This document shows, one piece after another, positions 19,467-35,077 of a DNA stretch of 64,000 bases (positions are counted from its first letter, which is position 1; the number at the start of each line of letters is the position of its first letter). A model generated the notes under the pieces. The model did no database searches. It was not told the origin of the DNA and was given only the letters and a program-made list of their open reading frames with translations. Origin of the DNA: the human T2T-CHM13v2.0 reference genome, Homo sapiens; the NCBI RefSeq assembly GCF_009914755.1, contig NC_060929.1. One strand, given 5' to 3'. The position numbers were made by a program, and so were the translations under genes.

Positions 19467-20194
19467 TCGTTGGCATCTATAAGAAAAATTAATACTTAGA
19501 CTGGGACTTAAGTCAACTTACATAAATTGAGGGATAGGACTTTATTAAGACTTGAAATTCTCTTAAACACTGGAATTTTAAATTTAAAAGTTGTGAGGTG
19601 GTAGCCTTGTGATGGAAGATCAGATATAATTTTTGTTTTTAAGATGAAATACAAATCTAATGGGCATTAGCAAAGTCATGTCATTTTTAAGGGTACTGAG
19701 AAAGTCTTGAATAATGTGGTAGTAGAATTTTAAAGAATAATGATTTAACTTCATAATATCCTTAATAGACTAGTGATGAAACATTGATATAGAAAATCTG
19801 TATCAACCTGTAACAATCTGAAAAAAAAAACCTTTATTGCAGTAGAAATTTGGCACATAGTAATTGGCTTGTGACTTAGGAAGATTTATAGTCACATACT
19901 GTAGTGGAACGTGCTGATATTCAAGTCAGCAGTTTTATTGTTTCCTATTTGTAACCTTTATTCTAGTTAACTACATAGTTGTTGGAGTTAGGGGGTATTT
20001 TTCCTCTTCTGCATCCTCAATGATGATTTCTTATTTTTCTACATACTAGTAATTTCCTATTCTTGCGTTTCTTTTAGATTTTACAGCATACCATTTCCTT
20101 TTCCCAAAATAAGGCATGTCTAAAGTATGATGTTGATGATTTTAAAAGTCAGACTAAATTGGGAAATGTCATTTTTTCCTCCTTTTATTATGAT

Positions 20195-20400
20195 GGCATT
20201 TGGGTCCAGATGATAATTTTTTGTGGGAGGGTGTCCTGTGCATTGTAGGATGTTTAGCACCATCCTTGGCCACTACCTACCGGATGTCAGTTGCACTCTC
20301 CTCTTCCTCCCACCCCCTCAAGTCACGACAATTGAAAATATCATCAGACATTGCCATTAGATATCCCTGGGGACAAATTGCCCCCAGTTTAGAACCATGA
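20195..20400. mobile_element. MER20
   Basis: TGTCCTGTGCATTGTAGGATGTTTAGCA...CAGACATTGCCA...AAATTGCCCCCAGTTTAGAACCA. Confidence 0.85.
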
Positions 20401-20479
20401 CTCTAAAGAATGACCATTTGGGAAATGGTTAAACTCTTTTACTCTAACCCACTACTTTTGGCTTAGAAATTCAGTGAAG

Positions 20480-20655
20480 ACTACAGACTTTAGGACCACA
20501 CTCAAATCCCAGGGCCATCAGTCACTTGCTAATGACCATGGTCAAGTTACTTAACTCCCATGTGCCTGTTTCCTTGTTCTTAAAATGGAGTTACTAATAG
20601 TATCTTTCTAATGAGGTTGTTGTCAGGATTAAGATTGAGTTTACATATGTAAGGT
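20480..20655 (+). mobile_element. MIR
   Basis: TGACCATGGTCAAGTTACTTAAC...TAAAATGG...GTTGTTGTCAGGATTAA core. Confidence 0.7.
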
Positions 20656-20833
20656 CAAACTGTCTACATAGATGGAATTAGCTGTCCTTATTTCATCCCC
20701 TTCTTTTTCTCATCTATTTAATGCAGTACCTAATTCTAAAAGATGATTTGAATGGGAAAGATATATTTTTGCATCTGAAATACATAGTAAGTTTTGTATT
20801 AAGAAAATGGACCTAAAGAAATAACCAAATTCA

Positions 20834-21151
<318 letters not shown>

Positions 21152-21284
21152 TTAATTTCGATTATGAAGAAAAGAAACAAACTAACACCAAGCACTCTTC
21201 ATCATTCCCCCACATTTTGATTTTTTGATGTCTCAGTTTATATCTTTTTATATTGCCATTTCTTAACAAATTGTTGTGGTCATT

Positions 21285-22060
21285 TTTCTTTTTTTCATAC
21301 TTTAAGTTCCAGGATACAAATACAGAACGTGTAGGTTTCAGCCCATCATCTGGGCTTTAAGCTCCGCATGCATTAGCTATTTGTCCTAATGCTCAACCTC
21401 CCCTCCCTCACCCCCTACCCCCCCAACTGGCCCTGGTGTGTGTTGCTCCCCTCCTTGTGTCGGTGTGTTCTCATTGTTCAACTCCCACTTATGAGTGAGA
21501 GCATGCAGTGCTTGGTTTTCTGTTCCTGCGTTAATTGCTGAGGATGATTGCTCCTAGCTTCATCCATGTCCCTGCAAAGGACATGATCTCATTCCTTTTT
21601 ATGGCTGCATAGTATTCCATGGTGTATATGTGCCACATTTCCTTTATCCAGTCTATCACTGATGGGCATTTGGGTTGGTTACATGTTTTCGTTATTGTAA
21701 ATAGTGCTGCAAGAAACAAATGTGTGCATGTGTCTTTATAGTAGAATGATTTGTATTCCTTTTGGTATATACCCAGTAATGAGATTGCTGGGTCAAGTGG
21801 TATTTCTGGTTCTAGATCCTTGAGGAATTGCCACACTGTCTTCCACAATCATTGAACTAATTTACATTCTCACCAACAGTGTAAAAGCATTCCTATTTAT
21901 CCTCAGCCTCGCCAGCATCTACTGTTTCTTGACTTTTTAATAATCGCCATTCTGTCTGGCATGAGATGGTATCTCATTGTGGTTCTGATTTGCATTTCTC
22001 TAATGATCAATGATGTTGAGTTTTTTTTCATATGTTTGTTGGGTGCATAAATGTTATTTT
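21285..22060 (-). mobile_element. L1PA (older, L1PA8-like) 3' end
   Basis: Reverse ORFs 21531..21848 and 21903..22091 match the ORF2 C-terminus; 3'UTR and T tail near 21285. Confidence 0.93.
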
Positions 22061-22081
22061 TCTTATTAATAGTTTTGTTTT

Positions 22082-22384
22082 GGCTAGGCACAGTGGCTCA
22101 TGCCTGTAATCTCAGCACTTTGGGAGGCCGAGGCAGGCAGATCACTTAAAGCCAGGAGTTTGAGACCAACCCGGGCAACACGGCAAAACCCCATCTCTAC
22201 TAAAAAACAATACAGAAAACTAACTGGGTATGGTGGTGCATGCCTATAATCCTAGCTACTCCGGAGGCTGAGGCTTAAGAATCACTTGAATCCAGGAGAC
22301 AGAGGTTGCAGTGAGCCAAAATCGTACCACTGCACTCCAGCCTGGGTGACACAGTAAGACTCTGTCTCAAAAAAAAAAAAAAAA
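22082..22384 (+). mobile_element. Alu (S/J)
   Basis: Full Alu with A tail. Confidence 0.93.
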
Positions 22385-22499
22385 GGTTTGTCTTTATAAT
22401 TCATAAAGATATGAGTGATATAGTCACAATTAGAGTATAATTTTGAATTTTTGTCTGTGTAGTTTAAAAAGAATATATATATATGTGTGTGTATATATA

Positions 22500-22622
22500 T
22501 TTTTTAGTGGCAGAGTTTAGCTTCTATTGTCCAGGCAGGCCTTGATCTCCTGGGCTCAAGTGATCCTCCCACCTCAGCCTCCTGAGTAGCTGGGACTACA
22601 GGCATGGACCACCATACCCAGC
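22500..22622 (-). mobile_element. FLAM-type Alu monomer
   Basis: Single antisense monomer preceded by a TA/TG-rich tail. Confidence 0.8.
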
Positions 22623-22624
22623 TG

Positions 22625-25125
<2,501 letters not shown>

Positions 25126-27217
25126 AGTAGTTGCTCTTATTGTTGATGTTTTTACTCAAAATACAGCCTGAGCTGATTTCTAACCTAGTTTCCATTATCT
25201 GATTATATAGTAATTTGTGGAAAGGGGCAGTGAAGTAACAAGGGGAGGGTTCTTTACAATTTTTATTTTGCCAGAGTTGACTGTAAAAGAAACAGTCTTC
25301 ATGGGGTATATTGAATGATGACTAATCCCTTTCTTGCATTGTTATGCGAGGAAAATAGAGACATGAATAAGATTACTTTGAAGTTTCAGGACTTCAGATG
25401 TTGAAATTCTGCTCCCTTACCACTCTTTGAATATATGGTTTACAAAGGGGCTATATATCTTTAGAAGATCAAAATAATCTTTACATTATGTATGTTTTCC
25501 TTCTTTTTATATAATCTAATGCAATTTGTAGTAATTATTGGTTCTGATTATTTCAGTTCAACTGGGAAAAAACCCTTTGATGCAGCTTTTATTTTTATTT
25601 TTTGTATAAGCTATGCATATGTATCTTTTGGCTCTTGTGAGTTTGGGGACTGGTTTTCCAGCATAATTTGCGTAAGATACCTATTTTTGAATTGGCTAAT
25701 AATTATAAGCTGAATTTTGTTAGCTTTAATCCAGCAGAAGCTGGAGGGTGTAGACGTGTTAGAACAGTACAATTGGATGCTCACTCCTTTCATCTGTATA
25801 CAAAGCAATTTCATTGAAAAAGAAGGTAAATGATTAATTCCTTGGCTTACTGATTTTTCATTGAAGGGTTATAATCATTTATAAAACTTTTTTTTAAGCT
25901 TCTGAAAGTTCTTTGAAAACCAGATATTCCCCTCTCCACTCCCCCCAAAAAAGTCCCACACTTTTTGAAGTATTTTGAGGTGTTTCTATCTTCCTATGTT
26001 AGGATTTGAATGGAAATAGTCTGTTTTGGTTTTCATTTTTAATACAAATTTACTTTACCCTTGAAACATACATTAGAACTAAAATGCTCACCTGTTCCTC
26101 TTCTGATATCAACCTTATGACACTAATACAATAGCATTGTTTTAAAGATGCTATTATGTGGTAGATCACCATGCTGTGCACTGAGGGCACATTGTACTTC
26201 ACCTTTAGGATAGATGATTGTTCATTGCACTCTGGCATCTTAGAACAACAATTTGTGTCTTCCATCTCCTGTCCTGACTATTTAGGAAAGTTTCTGAATG
26301 CTTGTTAATTTGATACTACGTTCTCAATGCTTTCCTCATATCTAGGAACAGTGCCCTGTCTGCAAATTAGATAAAAGCTTCTGGCAAACTGTTTTCTTAT
26401 GTAACAGTCATATTATAGACACTGAGTGCGCTTAGCTAATCACTGACCATTCTGTGAGACACTTCTTTTAAACATATCACCTAAGAAAAACTAAACTGTG
26501 ATCAAATGAGATTATTTTGATGTTTCAGGACCTCAAACTGCTTTACAATGAGAATAAGAGATGTTTCTCAGTGAGAGTGAGGTATTGGGTCCAGAGCCTC
26601 AAAGTAGTTGATGTGATATAGAAAAATAATTATACACAGAATAACTAGCTCCAACAAGGATAACACTAGAAAAAGTACTCAGAGGAGTAAAATAATGAGT
26701 CTCGTGTGCTTTCTAGTTTTACCCATGTAGATGATGCATGTGTATGTCACAAGTGGTTCCTTCATAGCTCGAGGAACATCTTTTTTGTTTATTTTATTTT
26801 ATTTCATTTTATTTTTTGGAGATTCTTTTCCTTGAGTTTCTGCTTTTATTCTATCCAGAATACCAGAGAGAAAAATTTTCATTATAATGGAAAGGAAACT
26901 AGATTTAGCTTCAGATGCCTGGTCTGCCTACTGTTTGTGTGAAGTTGGACCAGTTTTCTGTCATTCTCAGTTTTCTCATATTTCAAATGGAAGCAGTGAT
27001 AACAGCTAGCACCTAGGGCTTATTATGATAAATTGGAGAATGTATATATGATGCCTTCTAAAATGCTTAATGAATATGACCACTCAGTAAATCATTGTTT
27101 CTACTGTTAAATCAATTTGACCAACTGTGTGATGATACCAGCTTATTCAGTAGGTACATCTCTTTCTTTTGAAAGAGTTTATGTGTGAAGAAACTGATAA
27201 CAAGAAGTAAATAATAA

Positions 27218-27620
<403 letters not shown>

Positions 27621-28169
27621 TAAACCTTTTAAATGTGTAATCAAGACTAATAAAGGCTAATTACCCACCCAAAGTCAAGTACCAAACTGAAATTCAAGTC
27701 CAGTCTATCTTACTCTTAATGTCTTCTCTGCCAGGCTATTGAGTACCTCAAGTAATGCTCTTTTGCCTAATTTTTCTATTCCACAATCTGGTTTTACTAT
27801 TTCTGAGTCATTTTTGTTAGTCTGATTAGAAAATGAGATCATATTCCTAGATATTTCATTATTAAAGTAAGGTACTTCTTCCAACCACTTAAAACCACAT
27901 ATCTCGTTTTTATTTAAGTTGTTCATAAAAGGGACAACATATCATTCTTCTGTCCTTTCTCTAGAAATCAAGTGCATTTATTAAGAAAGTATTTATTGAG
28001 ACTCTCCACTGCATTATAGATACTTATCCGGAAGAGATGACATAGAAAATACATTGGAAGTATTATTTGGTGTTTACAACTCTAAAATGCTAGCTTATTC
28101 ACAGGACACAATACCTTTAAACTATAATATCTTGATTTTATAGTACACAATCATTGTGTATATGTATAT

Positions 28170-28521
<352 letters not shown>

Positions 28522-28694
28522 TTTCACATTCTTTCATAGTTAGTTATGAAGTTTGGTCACTGCACATTGTTCATTTTTTGTTTCATTTTCTCAAGTTCCG
28601 TTTGTTACGAAAAACCTCCTATCGTAAATTATATACGAACAAAATTTTATATATGGAAATGTGGTAGTATCTTCTTGGGGTGTAAAGCTTTACT

Positions 28695-28823
28695 GTTTTT
28701 TTTGAGATGGAGTTTCACACTGTCGCCCAGGCTGGAGTGCAGTAGCATGATCTCGGCTCACTGCAAGCTCTGCCTCCCGGCTTGTAGCTGGGACTACAGG
28801 TACCTGCCACCACGCCCGGCTAC
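28695..28823 (-). mobile_element. 5'-truncated AluY-like right arm with internal deletion
   Basis: CTGCAAGCTC diagnostic; TSD TAAAGCTTTACT at 28683-28694 and 28826-28837. Confidence 0.9.
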
Positions 28824-31542
28824 TTTAAAGCTTTACTCTTAATTTCTCTGTCTCATTTTTTTATCCATTGTATGAGGGTAATCATAGTACCCTACTTTAT
28901 AGGGCTCCTGTGAGGATTAAAAAGAGATAATACTTGAAGAATGTTGAGAACACTCTCTGAGTCATAGAAGCACTCTATCAATAAATAGATCTGATCCAGC
29001 AGTAGCAAAAGGAGTTAATCCTATATTCTGTTTATCCTAATTTCTCTGCTTCACTAACCTTTCTGACTGTATACTCCTTTTTAAAGTTGTGAGTTAGATT
29101 TTATATAGGGAATTTTTCTGAATTACTGAGTAGCTATATTATACTACATAGTAGAAATATGTGTGATCTGTGAGCTGATGGATGAATTATGAGCAGTGGT
29201 TATTGTAGTGAGAAAGAACTGCTGATGCTTCTTTGGCGGGTCAAAATAATGGAGATTAAATGGTAGAAGTTCTGTCAAATCCAAGCTATAAGATGTTTCA
29301 AAGGCCAGCTGTGAAAAGGTTAGCAATTTGGGTGCCAAGAAGCAGTTAACCATATTCCAATTACAAAAATAGGCATGATTCTGGAGTTATTTTTCACACA
29401 GTGGTCAATTTGACTAGTCTCATGCCTGACATAGATAGTATTGTGTGGAGCCTTGATGCCCCTGCAGTATTGTACATATACCTCTCAGCCGTATTGGGTG
29501 GTCTTCAGCACTGGTGGCTTAACATTGAGAGTTCCCTTAGGGGTTATTTAGGTTAATCCTTATTTGGTAATAAACTTTCCTTCTGTAACATCTCTGATGG
29601 GGATGTTCATTCAACTTCTGTTTGGATACTTGGCTAATAAAAAGTCCCTGGTCCTTAAGGCATCCCATTTTATTGTAGGACTTCTTTCTAACTATAGCTA
29701 TTTGTTATATAAGTATTATCCTCAAAATACAAACAGTGACTCCCAAATCTGTGCTTTTAACTCCATATGCTAGTTTCTATATTCAATACAGTCTTCATTC
29801 ATGTAACTTCATCCATTTTATAATATTGTCTGTTGAGGCAAGAAAATAATTTCACAAAGGTTATTATAGTTATTGGAAGAGGCTTAGCTCTCTCATAGCC
29901 TTATTAAATCATCTGTTAGGCTAATTACTCCCTCCTCTCTTCTTCTGGTGCATGTGCGTGTGTTTGTGTGTTTAAAACTTTAGGGATTTTAGGGACTATG
30001 GTAAACTGGAAATTGTAATATAAGCATAAAATAAGAACCATCAAAATGGAAGGGATTTGCACGAAAGAGAAATTCTAATATAGCTCAGATCTGAACTATA
30101 ATCTGCTGAGTGAGATTAGTCTATCTCAGCAAAACCCAGAAGGTGGTGGATAGGGTCAGAAGAGAGATTAGTGTTCCAAAGGTTTCATGTGGAGCCAGGG
30201 GAAAGAGGAGATATTTTGAATTCTAATCCATCTCTGCTAGCTTTTTCTAAGTTGAAACAGCCCTTCTGTTTAATAGTTCTGCTTTCTGTGCTTTGCAGTG
30301 TAAAACTATGCCAATATACATCAAAGAAATTTATCATCATATACTCGCAATGAGGATGGTACCTAAAATTGTCCATGGAAATAAAATATGCTTCTCAGAA
30401 TGACTGTGTAACAGGAACAGAGATCAAGAAGTTAAAAATGTTCTTCTAAAGTCATGCTGGGGGGTGATTAATAATGTTCCTTGAAAGTGTCCTAGTGTCA
30501 GTACATCCTTAGAAAGTATCAGTTTGCTTTTAAAGCCGCATAGTCACAGGCATAGTTGAAATTTTATGCTTCTCATGCATAAAGTGCATAAAGTTTATTT
30601 TTTATTCTCATAAATAGATTTGCAGCTAAAAATTTCTTAGTTGATTTTCTTGTTGACAATTGAGCAAATAGAGATATTCATAGTTTTGCCATGTTATGGC
30701 AGCACAATATTTGTTTCTGTTTTTATTTTAAAGCATACATTAAAAACTTAGAAATGGTGACATATCTTGGCAGTAATGCTCATGGACAAATTTTACACGG
30801 ATATCATAGCTACTGTCATGATATTTTCACTTAGAAATTATTTCAGACTTAGAAAAACACTGCAAGAACAATAAAGAACACTCATATGACCTTTACCCAG
30901 AATCACCTGTTGTTAACTTTTGTCCCAGTTTGTTGCGTGATACACATTTTCTGTCAGATAACTAGATAGATGTTTTATATTCTGAACCATTTCTGTGTAA
31001 GTTGTATTTGCCATGGTCTCTTACTCCTCAGTACTTACAGTCTAGGACCAATTATTGTTTTAGTTCTTGTGTTTTTGTAGTCTCTTTTACTCTGTCATGT
31101 CATTTCCTCAGTCTTTTCTTTTTCTCTTATAACATTTTTAAATAATCCACTCCTTATAATCTCTCTCCATCTTTCCAATTGCCTCTCTGTTTTTGTCTCC
31201 CATCCATCCTCTCCCCACCTCCCCCAGCAGAATAGAGTGTTCCTCATTTGTGGTTTGATATTTCCTTATGGTTAGATTTATGTATGCATCTCTCGTTAGA
31301 ATATTGCATAAGTGATGTGTCCCTCTTGGAATATCACAGGCAAAGTCACATGGTGCTCATCTGTTTCTCACTGATGATGTTAATGCTGGTCAAGGTGTTA
31401 TCTGATTTCCCCACTGTGTATAGTTACTATGTTGTTATTTTTTTTTCTTGCAACTGATAAGAGGTCTATATTGAGATATACTGCCCCTCATTAAAATTTA
31501 TCTCCTACATTGAGCAAAAGAATTCTCAAATTGTTTGCTAAA

Positions 31543-31972
31543 TTTTTTTTTCCAGGAACACAAGTCCACTTTATTTACCTTTCATTAGTTTAAATCTTTA
31601 AGGGGTTACAGCATCTATGTCCAATGGCCTTAGCAGAAGGATCGCTTTGGAATTTGGCAAAAACCATGCCAATGTTTCCTTGGGCCCAAGTTACCTTTCT
31701 CTAGAATACTCTGATTTTGTTTGGTTTGCTGCCAGGAGTCACTTGTTGTTCTTTGCTTTGTGTGCGTAAGCACATTTATTGCCCAAATAGAATTCAGTTT
31801 CATCTTGGGCATAAACACCTTCAGTTTTAAGAAGATTTGTGTGCTCCCTTTGGTTCCAGAGACCCTGCTTATAGCGCAAAAATGGCCTTGGATGACAGCC
31901 TTCCAGAAATACTTGCCTTTTAGAAGTCATGTTCCAAGCAGGCCTCGACAGGCTTCATGATGGCAGGAAGAG
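31543..31972 (-). pseudogene. Full-length processed pseudogene of ribosomal protein L35a
   Basis: Reverse frames give [53 protein letters not shown] and a C-terminal piece, matching RPL35A. ATG is mutated to ATT at 31910 and TAA lies at 31590. It retains a pyrimidine 5' leader, a 3'UTR with AATAAA, and a residual A tail at 31543-31551. Confidence 0.95.
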
Positions 31973-32147
31973 CTGGATTATTTTTAATTGCAAATCCCAT
32001 TTCACATTTTCATTCTCTTGATTTTAGTTCCATCAGTGACTTTTAAGGTCCATAAAATCAGTAACTGCTGTTATTATAAGCCATTCTTTATATGTAAACC
32101 AATCTTGATTGGTTTATATATAGATGGTATATATCTAAATACATATA

Positions 32148-32425
32148 GGCTGGACGCAGTGGCTCACACCTGTAATCCCAGCACTTTGGGAGGCCAAGGT
32201 GGGAGGATTACTTGAACCTACTAGTTCAAGACCAGCCTGAGCAGAATGGCAAGACTCCGTCTTTACAAAAATAAGAAAAAGCATGGTGGCATGCACCTGC
32301 AGTCCTAGCTACTCAAGAGGCTGAGGGAAGAGGATCACTTGAGACTGGGAGGTCGATGCTGTGGTGAGCTGTACTCACATTGTTGCACTCCAACCCAGCC
32401 GACAGAGCAAGACTGTGTCTCAAAA
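32148..32425 (+). mobile_element. AluJ
   Basis: Diverged full Alu; ATACAT on both flanks. Confidence 0.9.
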
Positions 32426-34274
32426 GAATACATGCATCCATACAGATGATGTATATTTAAAAGAGCTAATGGAACAATTGCTCTGTTATTTATACATTCT
32501 TGTTTTTGTATGGGGAGAATCTGAATGGAAAAGAGAATAGTTGTGTATTAATACCAGAAGCATGAGATGATTTGAAGACAAAGGCAGTGTAAAAGAAGGT
32601 TCAGCAACAAGAATGAGAGGAAAACAGCTCAATGAGTCAATTTCCTGGAAAGAAATAGAAGACTAATTTAAGAGGTTGAGCGTAGTGTTCAGTAATAGTT
32701 GTAATGAACATTAGTAATCAGAAAAGGATAATGAGGAATCATTGTTGATCAGTTGTCTCTAAGAACAGCAACTCCTAAATGAACAGAAAGACTAAACTTT
32801 GTTTTGCTGGAGATAGGAATTTTTTTTTAAACCATTCAACCTGAGAGTTACAGTGTACTATTTATATTTGCTTGTTTTGTTGAAGTCAGTTTAGTTTCCT
32901 TCAGTTTTTAGAATGTGAGAAGTGAGATTTTATTTTGTCATTTTTCCTTAATACAGTTTCCTAAAAATTTTACCTTTGCATCCTAATAAGTGTTCTTTAC
33001 TGCTTTGGATATTTTTGGCATAAAGAACAAAATTAATTCATACTCTGGTTATATTACTTTGTGGGTTTTTTCTCTTTAATTTTATTTTTATTTCAAAGGA
33101 CCCTTTCTCTGAATTTTTCCCAAGAAATTGAAAAATCCATGGGACAAGCTTCATATCACCTTGTATATTATTGGAAGTACTAAACAAAATGGACCTGAGA
33201 AACATAGCCCCTACCTCAAATTCATATCATTTCTGTCACTTGTTTTGTTTTCCATTTTTAATGCATAAAATAGCAATAACAGTAACCAGCCATAATGGAT
33301 AGGTGTAAGAATCATAAGTCATTTTGATAACGATCTGCTATCCAGTATGCATTGCTGAATTTTTAGTCATAGAAAGATAATGCTAGGTATTATTTCAGCT
33401 TTCTAATATGGACATAATTCATATTATTTCTAAAGTAATTGTTGATGTGAAATGAAACTGCTTTAATATCAAAGGAGAGTTGTATACAATTATATAACTT
33501 GATATTTTAGGAATATTATCAGGCTATTAGTAATATTAATAAAAGTCAGAATTAGAAAGCTTAAGCAACTAGCTTAAAGTTAATGAAAGAAAGTTAATGA
33601 CTGAACAATATATAATATAAACAATTTATATCCGATTCTTTAAATTCTTGAAAAATGACGTTAAAAAATTCTCCATTTTTGTTCTAAAAGATTCAAACTG
33701 ATACAGATATATATAGGGCGAAACATCGCCTCTTTTACTCTCCCCAATTTTTCTTGCAAAGATAACCTATGTCAGTAAGTTGGTATGCAGCTTCTTAACA
33801 TCTTATAACCCAACACAACCAATTAGTGCGTTACTACTAATTAGTAGCTTACTACCAATTAGTACCTCACGTATTAAGTAGTACTCAGTATTTTTTGCAA
33901 CCAAAAATATTTTGAAAATTTTAAAAAGAGCACTGGAGGATAATATAACAACATTTATGTTCATTCTAAATTTTTTCCCCTATTTTTATTAAAGGAATAA
34001 AGCATAAAGTTTAAGTCTTCAATGCGTATTTAACACAACATAAATATTTTATTCATTAAAAAGTTTACAAAAAATTGTATTACTCGATATACATCTTATT
34101 TGAACTAGCCTTTTCCATTCAGTAGCTATGTTGTTTGATAGCTAGAGTCTGTTGATTGATATTTGGGTTCTGAATAACTAATGTTTTCAAGTATCCTTTA
34201 AAAACTATTATTTTTATATTATAGGAGATATTTCAATGTGTATATTAGGAAAACTCTAACTGCATTCTGAAAAA

Positions 34275-34420
34275 ATAAGTTCCTGAGATTTCCGTTCAGC
34301 AATACTTTTGAAACACAGATAAAATTACTTCCTGTCTCTTAGCTTCCTGTATCCATGGCAACCTCTGTTTTACACATTGACTGTAAAGGAACCAATGTGA
34401 AGAGTGGTGTTTCCTGAGCA
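34275..34420 (+). promoter_or_regulatory. Putative LRRC70 promoter with an ETS/GATA motif cluster
   Basis: AGATAA at 34317, ACTTCCTGT at 34327, GCTTCCTGT at 34342, and further TTCC cores near 34280, 34290 and 34411, just upstream of the 5'UTR donor. Confidence 0.55.
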
Positions 34421-34574
34421 AACGGTGACTTAAAAAAAAAAAAAAAAAAGTGGTGGGGTGGAGGTCAGCAGTGCCACAGAACAAACTGGAGTTAAGAAAT
34501 GTCGTTCTTCAGATTTAAAAAGAAAACCTTTACTGAATCAGCTGAGTGTTAATAATACGAATTTCCTTTTCTTG
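34400..34574 (+). other. LRRC70: LRRC70 non-coding first exon (start approximate)
   Basis: Strong donor CTTG|GTAAGA at 34574/34575 pairs with acceptor ccttctctttttatag| at 35039/35040, 38 nt upstream of the LRRC70 ATG. Confidence 0.7.
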
Positions 34575-35077
34575 GTAAGATTATTTACTTAAATATGAAC
34601 TTCTAGCTGACATGAAAAATAGTTCTGTGAAAAACTGTAATTTAGAATTTAATTGTTCTGTAGTGAATTTGTATTTTCATAAATTATAATGTTATTTGAT
34701 ATTAGACTTTATGTTGTTAAAGGGACATATTAAATTCAAAGATTCTCATTCCTACATCATTTGTCACCTGTGTTGTAATCAATTGTAATTTTTAAGTTAA
34801 CTTAGCAAATGTTTCATTAATCTGAACTATTTTGTCAAATAGTGGGTTAATGGCCTGATCATGTTAATAATTCTAGAACGTATTCCATACTCATTATTTT
34901 TTGCTATTACCATGGTATGATTTATGATAGTATTATTGGCTGATCCTAATTAAAATAGAATACAGAAGTTATAGTATTATAAAAAAAATTCATTTGATGA
35001 AGTTTTCGTGATTTAAAGCTTTACCTTCTCTTTTTATAGCCAATTCTGATCTGAACAGAAAATCCAAGAACAGGGAT

